Positions 14,346 to 25,374 are shown, counted from the stretch's first letter. The stretch is DNA of 64,000 nt from the human T2T-CHM13v2.0 reference genome, Homo sapiens (GCF_009914755.1 NC_060925.1), one strand, 5' to 3'. A program made the numbers and translations. The notes: generated from the sequence alone by a model not told the origin.

Positions 14346-14689
14346 GCCAATTCCGATGGCATTTGTTTAGCTTTATACTATGCTCATATATTAAGGGCAG
14401 CATTAATTAATGAATAAGAAGACACATGCCCAGAAGCTAGATTTGGCCCATACAAAGGTGAATCACAGTTCCAGACTCCAGACTGTAGCTGTATTTCAGA
14501 GTATGGTTTACTCTGTAGAGTATTTGTTGACCCTATGTATTTAGCTGCTAACGCTTTCTTCCCCTCTCCTCTACGTGAGACAATAATTAAACTTCCCCCT
14601 ATGTCCCACCTCCCAAGCATACACATAAAATTTATAGCCATTGCAAAGCCAAGGTCATGAATTGATCCTGACCCAGTTTCATAGGCATT

Positions 14690-15058
14690 ACTATTGTCCC
14701 AAAATCCCATTCTCCTCTACTTACAGGTGCAAGGAAAATTACACAGCCCTGCCCTTTGAAGTTAAGTGTGCCCAGTGTAAGTGGCTTGGGCCAATGAAAT
14801 GTGAGCAGAAGCATTCAAAACATTTACGTCCTTATATTCAACTCTCCTGATTTTGTGGCGGCAAACCTGGGCCTCCTGTTGAGATGTGAGCACTAGGAGT
14901 GCTGGTCCTTAGTCATCCTGGGATCCTGAGTGACATCAATATGGAGCAAAGATGGCCTTGACCCTATACCACCTTTTAGATGTTAGGGTGGGCAAGAAAT
15001 CAGCCTTTGTGTTTTAAGCCACTCAGAGTTTGGGGTTGTTTCCATAGGCTAGCCCAGT
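14690..15058 (+). mobile_element. MaLR LTR (old MLT1H/I/J-like)
   Basis: ggccaatgaaatgtgagcagaag and gcaagaaatcagcctttgtgttttaagccactcagagtttggggttgtt. Confidence 0.7.
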
Positions 15059-17215
15059 TGCCTCACAAAAGAAGAAAGCACTTCAACCTCTCAGCCATTC
15101 AGACAGTGGAGATCAGGTGCCTGAAGTCTTGGGAAGAGTTCTGGGAGCCTAAATGCTCACTAAGGCTCTCCATTCAATATTGGCCCTGATATATGACTAG
15201 TTTTATGCCTCAGTTTTCCCTTACCATCAGCTCCTCTGAGTGGGGATTTGACATTATTCATGCCTAGCTCTCTCCAGCCCTGCCATAACACCAATATCAA
15301 TTTAGTTTTGGGTATCTTCTGCCTGCCACCTGTACTCGGATTCCATCCCCTGGCATGAATTTAGACCCCATCTGAGCCTCTCCTGGTTTGCAAGCTCCCT
15401 TCATATCTTCCCTGTGCTGCTGTCATATCGTGCAGCCACAGGCTCCTCACTCCCTGTCTGTCTTCCCACTTCAGGCCTTGGTAGTCAGGTTGTTGGTGCA
15501 TCTCATGCAGAGCCCACTTGAGTTTTGAAGACAATTGCTTTTGCCATGTCCCAGGATGTAGTTAAGTTATACGTATGAGCCCAGAGGAACCTGAGAAGGA
15601 TGAAGTTCCAGAACTAATCCCACTTCTACAGTAGAGCAGTAGGGAGCAGAGTCTACAACAGGCCTGAAGGAAGTCTAATCCAACAGGTGGCATGTGGACT
15701 TAGTGGAAATTAGAAACATGGTTGGTGTCAAGATACAGTGTGGCATAAAAAGGGAAGCTTTAGCAGGAAATTCAGTTGAGGTCAACACCAGGAGGCTCAG
15801 AAGAGCAGCCAGCATCAGAGAAGTGTGCAAGGCAGCACAAACCCTCAAATGGATAGATGTTGGAGTACCAGTTGCATTTCTGAGATAGGTAATAAGACTG
15901 GATCCAGCTCTCAGACCCAGGGCAAATGTGAGCACATGTCTCAGAAACAAGGCCAAGGTCAATAATTCAGCTTTCTAGCCCAAGGTTTGGGGGATTGGAA
16001 TCACAAAAGACTGTGCTGTCATTCCTGAAATTGTTCATGGGCAAACTTAATGTTTGTCCTGGAGTTTGGGAGAGGATGTGCCTATGCATAGAGGTTAAGG
16101 ACACTTGACATGAGACAAAGAGGCTGAGAACCAAGCAGGACCTAAGAGAAGTCAGAAGTGAAGCACATTTACAGCATGGTCAGGCCACTGTGAAAAGCAA
16201 AGGCTCAAAATTCCCAGATTGAAACAATCTGATGTGAAAACTAACAATTCAAACTCTTGCACAGATGTTGACAAATTTTTCAATCAATGGAACCTTTCTA
16301 GATTGGTAGATGGGGTGCCAAGTGTGGACTTTAGCATATCCTGAACCCCCAGGGTATATATGGGGTGGCGCTACTAGCTTAGAAAATTGGGGTGGAGCGA
16401 TGAAGAGAGAGTACCAGTCTCTATTAGCTCCGTCTGCCAGTGTTCAACAAGAACTCGCCATCTGCCACCAAAAGTATAGGAAGATTTGGATCTTTTCCTT
16501 AAGGAGCCCTTGTTTTTAGGACCAAAGCAGTAAATACAGTACTGTGAAAGCATTATTAAACAATAGGTACTTTAGTGTCATTTTACATTGACGTGCCTCT
16601 AGATACCATAGGATTGCAGAGAAGAGAGAAAGGAATGCTAGAAAAAGCCGAAGAAGTCTTCACAAGAAGGTAGATTTCACACGGGCCTTAAGGAAGGGTA
16701 GAAATTGGATAGAGCAAAAGAAAGGGTATATCCGAGAAGAGAAACAGTACAGACAAGGTCCTGGAAGTCAGGTGTGCTAGACAAGAAGGAGGACAGCCAG
16801 GTGAAGAGAATAGGGGTGTTGATCAGTAAAATAAGTTGGGGCAGGTGAGCCATCCAGAAGGTAGAAACACCTGCCAGGCAGAGTAGTTTAAACTTGCTAG
16901 GGTAGAAATAAGAAAGCCACAGAACGATTCACAGAGAAGACAGCGGTCTCAAAGCAAAGGAAGTGGTTGAAAAGCAGGGGGCCTAGGTCAAAGTCTGGGG
17001 AGACCTTGGGCAAGTAACCACACTGCTCCAAGAGCTTGCCAAGGGGCAGTAGTACCAAGAAATAAACTTACGGTGAATGTCCAATTTCAGCTTAAACAGA
17101 CGCCAGCCCCACAAAGATGTGAAGAAACCCCACCCTGGACTGAGAACAAACCTGGGTTTTTAGCACTTGAAGCCACTGTCTTTCATACTTGAAAGAATCA
17201 GGGCCTTCATAGAAA

Positions 17216-17480
17216 TCAACACTCTTCTTGACTAGCCCTCTCTAGCACCTCCATTACATCATCATCCTCGTCGAATACATAGGTATCTCCTGTCACCTGT
17301 ACGCTGACGCCATTCCATGGAGTGAGCAGAGTGATTGTGTCCTGATATCGTGCCTGTGACGGGCTGGACACAGACACTTCCACCTCATCGACCACGGATC
17401 CCTGTTCCTGGCCACCTACACAAATCACCTTCCCCTGCTAGTTTGGAGCCACAGGACAAACCAGGTCCTCCTTCTCTTTC
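17216..17480 (-). pseudogene. Putative last (cytoplasmic tail) exon
   Basis: Acceptor tctctcctgcctggcctttgaaaacag; KEKEDLVCPVAPN*QGKVICVGGQEQGSVVDEVEVSV..VQVTGDTYVFDEDDDVM.. aligns ungapped to CRLF2 C-terminal VTIGGFTFVMNDRSYVA. Confidence 0.55.
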
Positions 17481-17797
17481 CTGTTTTCAAAGGCCAGGCA
17501 GGAGAGATTGAAACCTGCCTGGTGGACCAGAGTTTAGCAGGACCCTGGGAACCTTCTGAGCGGGAATCCTCCGAAGTTCTTGTTTGTTGACTTAAGAGTC
17601 CATGGTCTCTAAGATATACAGATCTAAGTTCTAAAAGTCCCTAACACTTCATGTGATAGACATCATGTAATTCGGTTTAAAATGAAAGTGGAAAAATCCG
17701 TCAGTCACTTGACTATTTAGTTTTTACCAATTTACAAACTTCTGAACATTTGGGAAATGCTTTTAACCCAAATTTCTTTGGCATAGTGCGGACTCAC

Positions 17798-19259
17798 AGT
17801 CACACTTGGTGGCTGCTTCTGATAATTTGGGGGTCATCTTACAGGATGATATTGCACTTCACATGTATTGTGTTTTTTACCAAGCGAAGGTTTGTGGCAA
17901 CCCTTTGTTCAGCAAGTCTATTGGCACCATATTTTCTAACAGCATGTGCTCACTTTGTGTCTTTGTGTCATATTTTGGTAATTCTTGCGTTGTTTCTAAT
18001 GTATTATTATTATATCTGTTATGGTGCTCTGTGATCGGAGATCTTTGTTATTATTATCATTGTTTTGGAGTACTAAGAACTGGGCCCATATAAGATGGCA
18101 AACTTAATCAATACATGCTGTGTGTGTTCTGATTGCTCCACTGACGGGCTGTTCCTCATCTCTTTTCCTCTCCCTGTACTTCCCTATTTTAGTAGACACA
18201 ATAGTATTGAAATTAGGCCAATTAACAACCCCGCAATGGCCTCTAAGTGTTCAAGTAAAAGAAAGAGTTGCACATCTCTCACTTTAAATCGAAATCCAGA
18301 AATGATGAAGCTTTGTGGAGAAGGCAAGCCAAAAGCCAACATAGGCCCAAAGCAGGGCCTCTTGTACCAAACAGTCAAGTCCTGAATGCAAAGGAAAAAT
18401 TCTTGAAGGAAATTAAAAGTGCTACTCCAGTGAACACAGGAATGATAAGAAAGCAAAACAGCCTGATTGCTGGGATGGAGAAAGTTTGAGTGGTCTGGAT
18501 AGAAGAACAAATCAGCCACAACATTCCCTTAAGCCAAAACCTAATTAAGAGTAAGGCCCTAACTCTCTTCAACTCTGTGAAGGCTGAGAAAGGTGAGGAA
18601 GCTGCAGAAGTAAAGTTGGCAGCTAGCAGAGATTGGTTCATGGCATTAAGGAAAGAAGCCACCACTGTAACATAAAAGTGCAAGGTGAAGCAGCAAGTGC
18701 TTATGGAGAAGCTGCAGCAAGTTATCCAGAAGATCTAGCTAAGATTGACACCAATTTTGATAGAGGTTCTGCTATAGATAAAATGCTATCAAACAGCATC
18801 ACACACTACAGAGAAATCTTTCATGAAAGGAACAGTTCACTAATGGATCGAACTTCCCTGTTGTCTTGTTTTTTTAAATTTCCACAGCCACCCCCACCTT
18901 CAGCACCAGCCCCCTGGACCACCCAGCAGCCAACATTGAGGCGAGACCCTCCACCAGCAAAAAGATTACAACTCACTGGAGACTCCGATGATGGTTAGCA
19001 TTTTTAGCAATAAAGTATTTTTAATTAAGGCATGTACTTTTTTTTAGACATAATGCTATTTCACACTTAATAGGATACAGTATAGTGGAAATATAACTCA
19101 TATATACTGGGAAACCAAAAACATTGTGTGACTTGCTTTATTGCAATATTTGCTTTATTGCAGTGGTCTTGAGTCAAACGTGCAATTATCTCCAAAGTAA
19201 GCCTGTACATTAGTAAGAGGGGCATCGGCATCGTTCAAAAACTCAGCGCTAGCTGTCCT
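17798..19259 (-). pseudogene. Putative Box1-position exon split by Tigger1 (17798-17839 plus 19206-19259)
   Basis: Acceptor ggtcaatag and donor GTGAGT; 96 nt after removing Tigger1 and one TA; phase 2/2, consistent with the flanking exons; TMPMP..DPQII..HQ. Confidence 0.35.
17842..19205 (+). mobile_element. Tigger1 DNA transposon, internally deleted
   Basis: TA-cagg...gcctg-TA ends; transposase fragments ([46 protein letters not shown]); deletion junction near 18745. Confidence 0.95.
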
Positions 19260-19399
19260 CTATTGACCAGAGTTGATAGTAAGAGTTGCTGTTACAAAAC
19301 TGTTCCCTTATAGCTGTGAAGATGATAGGATGGCTGTATAATAGAAGTCAGGTGATGGCAAGTCACGATCAGAAGCAAGCTGGGTGCAGTAAGAGTATA

Positions 19400-20294
19400 A
19401 GCATCAAGATCAGCAGGGGAAGCAGGAATTAAGGCCATGGAGATGGTTCATAGAACTTAGCGTTCTAGGGGCAAACTATAAATATATATACAGCCAACAA
19501 GCATACTGTGTAGTTTATATGACCAAAAGAAATCAAGGATGGAGGAGGAAGGGATTGAGGGAAGCTGCCCCAGTAAGTCATGACTCCTTGCCCAGTTTCT
19601 GGACCTGAGTCCATCACCTGAAGGAAAAGCCAGGTCCCAAGAGGAAGGACCCTGCAATATCATGGCAAAAATTTACAGTACTAATTCCCCCAAACCCTCC
19701 CTTAAAGTACCTATGGCTATTGGTTGAGGTAACCACACATTAGGGAAAGGGGGATATTTGAGAACTGTTAGATATTTGAGAACTTTCAGATATGTGAGAA
19801 CTGTCAGACACGAGGTCTGAGGTGCTCAAAAAGAAACTGGGGGTCCAAAATGTCATTGTGGACCCTTTTAGAACAGGAGCATAAAAAGACAATGTAGCAA
19901 ATGGAGGCCTAGCCCAGGGCTGGCTCACAGTGAGTCCACTGGGTCAGTGGATCCACTCTGTGGTCATTTCCTTGGCTGCTTGTGGTATAGTTGGAATGGA
20001 CATACTTGGTAGTTGAAATTGACATACCTGGTGGGTTCCTTGGTCTGTGGAGTATGAGCTATTGTAGCGTTAAGTGCTAACTGAGGGCAGAGGCGTTGCT
20101 AGGTAGGGAAAATATGAATGGGTCGTAGAGGAAGGAGATGATAAATACCAGTTGTAGCCTCAATACCAGCTCTTGCAGTGGGAACTGCAGTTAATTTTTC
20201 CAAGGAGACCATTCAAAATTCTGGAGGGGCTATTTCCAGAATGGGCAAATTTACTAGACAAATGAAACATATCTGAGTGGCTCAAAGGGTGGAC
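19400..20294 (+). mobile_element. ERVL internal fragments (ERV3-16A3/ERVL-E-like)
   Basis: cccagttt..gacctgag..gaaggaccctgcaa, ggctcacagtgagtccactgggtc protease-region motifs; aaagggtggac PPT. Confidence 0.7.
19753..19806. repeat. 18-bp tandem repeat x3
   Basis: gatatttgagaactgtta / gatatttgagaactttca / gatatgtgagaactgtca. Confidence 0.9.
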
Positions 20295-20775
20295 TAGACA
20301 GTGTTTACCATGATGTGTCACTCAGCCCTACACACACATACACACATACTCCTTAAAGACCAAGACACTTATTCCCCTCCATTAGTTCATAGGTGAGTTC
20401 CTTTCTGGGGATTGCCCTAAACTGAAGACAGCAGCCTCACCAAGATTCTACCCCCTTCCCCGGGGCAGCCCTTCATCTATTGCCGAGAGCTACCTTCATG
20501 ACTGGCTCAGGCTGAACGCCCTTGCCTCACTCGGAGCCAGGAAGCATAAAATTCCTGGCACTCTTGTCTCAATTTGGGACAGCTCCAAAGAGCCATCCTA
20601 ACTCTAGAGTTCACGGTGAGATTGGCCAAGCCCCTGTTAAAATTATATCACAGTTCAACTTTCGCCTCTGGCCAATCCCACTTCGCTTGGTCCCTTATGA
20701 CAGCACTCCCCAATAAGCCACATGCAGACAAGTGCCCATCTCAAAGTTTGTTTTCCAGAGAACCTCCCCTAAAAG
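20295..20775 (+). mobile_element. LTR16-like 3' LTR
   Basis: Follows the PPT; ttgccctaaactgaaga, cacagttcaactt..ctggccaatcc, cactccccaataa..catctcaaagtttgttttccagagaacc. Confidence 0.75.
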
Positions 20776-20958
20776 AGTTAGGGGCCAAGTATCAGAGATC
20801 CAGGCAAATATGAAATATCTGAACAATCAGAGGACAGGATCTATAGCTGGTTCTGGGCAGCCCACATACGCTAGACATTGTGCCATCCATCTTCAGAAGC
20901 AAATCAGCCCGCCTTTGCTCAGGGCCAGAGGTAGCCCTGGAATGTGGGTGGGCCTGAC

Positions 20959-21050
20959 CTAACCACATGATAATCATGTAGATTATCCAATGATTCCCAG
21001 TAATGTCCAAGGACACACAATAATATCCGATGATGACCCCGTAGCATCAC
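20959..21050 (-). pseudogene. Putative transmembrane exon
   Basis: (G)DATGSSSDIIVCPWTLLGIIG/IIYMIIMWL-R with frameshifts; AG|GTCAGG donor; acceptor mutated (ccttgcctat). Confidence 0.4.
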
Positions 21051-22191
21051 ATAGGCAAGGCCCCAAGGAATCCATAAGTAACTCTTTGAACCAGAGTTGT
21101 GGGATTTTTCTCAAAGGTAGAGGACTCCTGTGATTAATTTCTTGGGAGCTTTGGAGGCAGCCCTAAAAGTCAAAGCACCCAATGCAGGCTTGCAATCAGC
21201 CATTCAGAGGCATTAGAAAAGCAGGATCCCTCGCATTTAAGAGAGTCCCAACAAGCACACCTGGATACAGAACAGCAGCGCTTCGCCACAGGTGGATCAC
21301 AACCCACCCACGTGAATGGGTTACAGATGTGCACCGGGAGATACTGTTCTCTTAGCCTGCAGCGCAGGGATACAGGGCCTGGAGTAGCCAGAGAGCCCTG
21401 CAGTGGAATCAATCTCTTCCAAACCTCCTCCGAAAGTCCCCCTAAAGAAGCAAGATCTGATGCTGCTTCCCTAATGAAAAACTTGCAGAGCATCGAGTAG
21501 AAGAGTGAAGGGTATATAAGAGATCACTTTGTGAATTCTCTGGATTTTATATAGATTTCCCCAAATAATTCTCCATAGAGCTTTATTATTTATGTATCCT
21601 GTGGTCCTAGGGGCCAATTAAATTGGCCATCAAATCTTATTATAAAGAAAAATTTACCTGAAAGGGTGTCACCTGGGGAAGCACATACCCTTGAAAAGGA
21701 AGTGCTGAGTCTATTTCAAACCAAACTCAGGCAGGCTTCTGCCTTCCTGAGGTGAAGGCTGTGTAGATATTACCCAAGCAGTGAGAAAACAATTGTTTCT
21801 CATACTACTTATCCTTGAAGGCATAACCAACATACTTCTGAATTTTCCCATGCATCCTTCTTCCCACTTTGCTTAATGGCACATAAGGTTCCATGTCAGA
21901 AAGAAGTGCCAGTGATCTTCTTTCCCTTTATCTGCTGCAGGGCAGTGTCAGGTAGCGTTGTCTATCCAGGTAGAGGGCCTCAAGGAGACTCGGGCAGGGG
22001 GTGGGTGGGAGGCATTTTCTTTGGCAGGAAGCCATGCTTCCTACATGCCCCTGTACCTGGGCTCTCCACCATGGCCTCAGCCAGGCCACTTGACATGGGC
22101 CTCAGAGAGATTCAGCTGGGAAACATGGAACTGCTGGTTGTTTAGGGTGAGCTACTTTGACACTCAAAGAGAAAAGAAGCCCTGTACTTAC

Positions 22192-22430
22192 CAAGAGTTG
22201 TTGTTGTGAATGGCTCACACTGAGTGACTCCAGCTCACCCCCAAACCCAGGAAGTTTCTCAGTTCTTTTGTGTGATAGGTTTTCTCCTGTGTTTGAGTCA
22301 GAAGGAAGTCAGGCACCAAAGAGAAGTTACACCAGCTCCTCCAGGCTCACCAGCTTGGCTCTGAGTGCAAAGCAGGAACTGTTTAAGATTTGCACCTCAA
22401 AGAAAGTGCCAAGTATTTGTCTTCCTGTTG
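22192..22430 (-). pseudogene. Putative second-FnIII C-half (WSXWS/PSDWS) exon
   Basis: NRKTNT(C)TFFEVQILNSSCFALRAKLVSLEELV*LLFGA*LPSD versus CRLF2 SKQENTCNVTIEGLDAEKCYSFWVRVKAMEDVYGPDTYPSD; strong TTG|GTAAGT donor. Confidence 0.5.
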
Positions 22431-22705
22431 CTGGGTGTTAGGCTGAACAGAGAGTGGGATGCTAAAGGTTTTTGTGTTTACCACCTCCTGGATTTTTCAT
22501 GACAACTTTACATAGTCTTCCCCAGCTACTGAACTCATACAGATCAGAGCAAGGTCTCTTTGCTTCCAGTTTTCTCCTCCTTTACAACAGCAAACAGATT
22601 CTCCTGAGACTGGCAGCATTTGTTTTCTCAGCCCACTAACTCCAACTACAGTACATTTCCTCCTTATCATCACTATTTAGTCTGTAATTATTCCAGTCTA
22701 CTAAC

Positions 22706-22850
22706 TCCCATAGAGGTTAGGGAGAGCCGTGGCTAAATTGCATAAATCACTGATTTTGGGTCCTACATTGTCATTAATAAACTCAGGACATGGCAGTTAC
22801 TAGAGGCCCAGTGCCTCAAATTCAGCGTACAGTACATTTATGCTTACAAC
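22706..22850 (-). pseudogene. Putative second-FnIII N-half exon
   Basis: Strong acceptor cttctttttccttccccag; ends SDL/YAI*/HGSP..WE (CRLF2 GDLLYEVQYRSP..WQ) before GTTAGT. Confidence 0.33.
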
Positions 22851-23173
22851 CTGGGGAAGGAAAAAGAAGCTGCTGGCAAGGACCTGCAATGAAGGTCAGA
22901 GGTTGCATTTAACTCCATTGTGATTGCAGAGTCTATTTATTCTCTTGTCCAAACATGGTTAATAACAAGCTAATTTGGTTAAGTTATGAGAATGGCATCT
23001 AAAACAGTATATAAATGAAATTCTAATCAAGCCCAAACCCACCCTTTCCCAAAGCTTCAGACCACTATATCTCAAGCTACTCTGATGTTTAGCTCTACTG
23101 GGAATGGAAGGTAATCAACCTAAAATACAATTACTAAAAAATCCCATCCTGAAATATTTTCACTTAACCTCAC

Positions 23174-23417
23174 ATAGCAGAGGTATCTTCCGTTGAATGG
23201 CCAGTGAACATCAGCAAAGGGGGGTGGCATGGGTGATAGGGGAAGACCTTCGGAGTATGTCCTCAGTCTCAACTAGAAATCACACTGGCTTGCAAGCCTG
23301 CACTAATTTCTAGGGCTGGCTAAACTATGTCTAATTAGATGTGCACATGTAGGGGCACTGGAGGGAACAGTCATCTTCCTCACCAGCTAGTCAAGACCCC
23401 AAAATTACACCAAAGCT
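23174..23417 (-). pseudogene. Possible first-FnIII C-half exon
   Basis: Strong acceptor tcttcttgttctctgtgtttccag, donor GTGAGG; Cys pair and EDIL motif only with frameshifts. Confidence 0.22.
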
Positions 23418-24236
23418 CTGGAAACACAGAGAACAAGAAGATCAAGAGCTGCATAACCCCGCTGGTGTTCTAGAATTATTTATCATTCAGAAAACTCTGC
23501 ATTTCTCATTTCTCTTCTGTGTCTTAAGTGGACCCATGCATTAAAAATCTAGTTGTTGTAGATGGTAAGAAATGGTGTGTAGCAACTGAGGACAGGTCTG
23601 TGACTTGGCTTTGAGTGGGTAATCCACCTTAGGAAGAAGCTGGCCTATGGTGCCCCTGCAGGGCTCCATGGAAGTCATTTACATATGCTCTTTAGAAGTG
23701 CCCCTCTCTTCCTAGCCCTTGGGGATGTCACAGATGGCAAACACGGAAGGCTCACTGAACCCCAACATCTGGTCAATAGTTTCCACCTGAAGAAGGAGAG
23801 TTAAATCTCTTATATGAGTGGTTACACACCAATCCTGGATCCTCCATCTTCTCTGCTTCAGGAACAATTATCTTGAAGTTTTAGACAGATTTTGAAAACA
23901 TTTGAAACCCAGGAATAGCTGTCTCAGGATAACATACTTTTTAATACAGAGATTTACATATTGGAAGAAAGTCAATAAGAGAAGGGACTTTGGGGAAGGA
24001 GGAAAGGAAATTTAATGAAGAGAAAATGAGGTAGATGACTAAATAGTTCAAGTCAGACTAGCATTTTATTTCCTATCCTGTACTGTTTCTAAACTAATAT
24101 TTTTATACTTTGGGTCTATCAATAAGAACTGGTTAAAAAAAATAAGTAGGGAGGGAACCTTAAAATAAATGGTAACACTAATAGAGACCCAGGGACGGAG
24201 CCTTCTCTGAAATGCACAGCTTGCTGCTCCACATAC

Positions 24237-24369
24237 AGTATCTTGAAAAATCTTTACTGCCTTCAAAGATACAGCCCTTGGCACCCAGCACTATGCCTCC
24301 AAGTTTAGAATGTGGACCTCCATATTTATGTTCCCCAGATGGTGGAATTTATAAATGCACCATGGGGTG
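24237..24369 (-). pseudogene. Possible first-FnIII N-half exon
   Basis: Acceptor tttcaatag, donor GTATGT; INMEVHILNLEA*CW versus CRLF2 VQIQIIYFNLETVQVTW. Confidence 0.25.
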
Positions 24370-25374
24370 CTATTGAAATTAATAATTCAATTCATTTCAG
24401 TGATTGTGCCTTGATTGCTAGTCATTATGACAATAGCAGTTAGCAGAGTCTCTCGGTACTGGGATGTAGCTGAAGGGTAATATCAGGGAGAGCAATTCCT
24501 CTGTCATCCGATTTCAAATGCAGTCAATCCCTTCTGAATGGGGAATAGCCAAAAGTTTCTGGAATGAAAATGAAGGCAGCATCAACATAGATGAAGGTGG
24601 CTTCAATTTATGTGATTTCAAAAGTTTGAAATCAATCCTCTAAGGAACACTGGAATGATTTGTGATTGTTTTCGCTTGCAGAAGAAAAAGATAAGAGGAA
24701 ACCCAATCACCACCTCCAAATACACAAATCTTTCACTCTGTGTCTGTGAAGAATCTGTAACCAAATAATTGAAAATTAACTGCACTTTTATTTTATATTC
24801 CCACTTGTCTGCTTATCAAGGGAATATACTGGCAGCTGGACTAAATGACTTTTAAGTCCCTTCCAGAGATTCTCAGAGATTCCCTGAGCCTATGACTGGG
24901 GGGACAGAGGGGAAGTAGTGACTCTGCATTTTCTCAAGGGAAGAATTTTCTTCTCTCAGCCTAATGATCTGGAAGCCCAAATGTGCAAGAGGGAAAATTA
25001 TTGGGCCCTGGCACACATAAGTGTGGCCAATGTGAAAGAACCTGCTGGAATTTTTCACTCAGGAGGCTGTAAGTGCCTTGGATTTACACAGTGCCTTTTC
25101 TTCTCTATGAAGCCTAAACCATTTTTCACATTTCCCTCATAATCCTCAAACTTTTTGTTTATCACAGAAGGCCTGATTTATAGATTCTCGATCAATAGCT
25201 AAAGAAACTAATATATGAATAGTAAAATGATCCAAAAGAAGTTAGAAGTAGATTCCTTTCCCCTGACTCCCAGGCCTTTGCTCCATCCACTAGCTTTCCC
25301 GTTTAGGATACACCATTTCAGTCAATCCCCACAGCCCAAATGAGCAAGAAAAGAATCAGAATGCTTTCCCACAT

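Larger units (their letters stand above)
17216..24369 (-). pseudogene. Candidate unprocessed pseudogene of a CRLF2(TSLPR)/IL2RG-type class I cytokine receptor (up to 7 decayed exons)
   Basis: Colinear splice-bounded segments resembling D1a, D1b, D2a, D2b (PSDWS), TM, Box1 and tail exons; multiple stops and frameshifts; by-eye comparison with recalled human CRLF2. Confidence 0.5.

Noticed and set aside
18095-18998. Transposase-like ORFs suggesting a TIGD1-like gene
   Set aside because: Frameshifted, internally deleted Tigger1 copy lacking the catalytic region
19753-19806. Short regularly spaced repeats resembling a CRISPR array
   Set aside because: Eukaryotic DNA; head-to-tail tandem copies with no unique spacers
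21280-21300. CTCF-like cgccacaggtgg
   Set aside because: One base short of the CCACCAGGTGGCG core spacing on either strand
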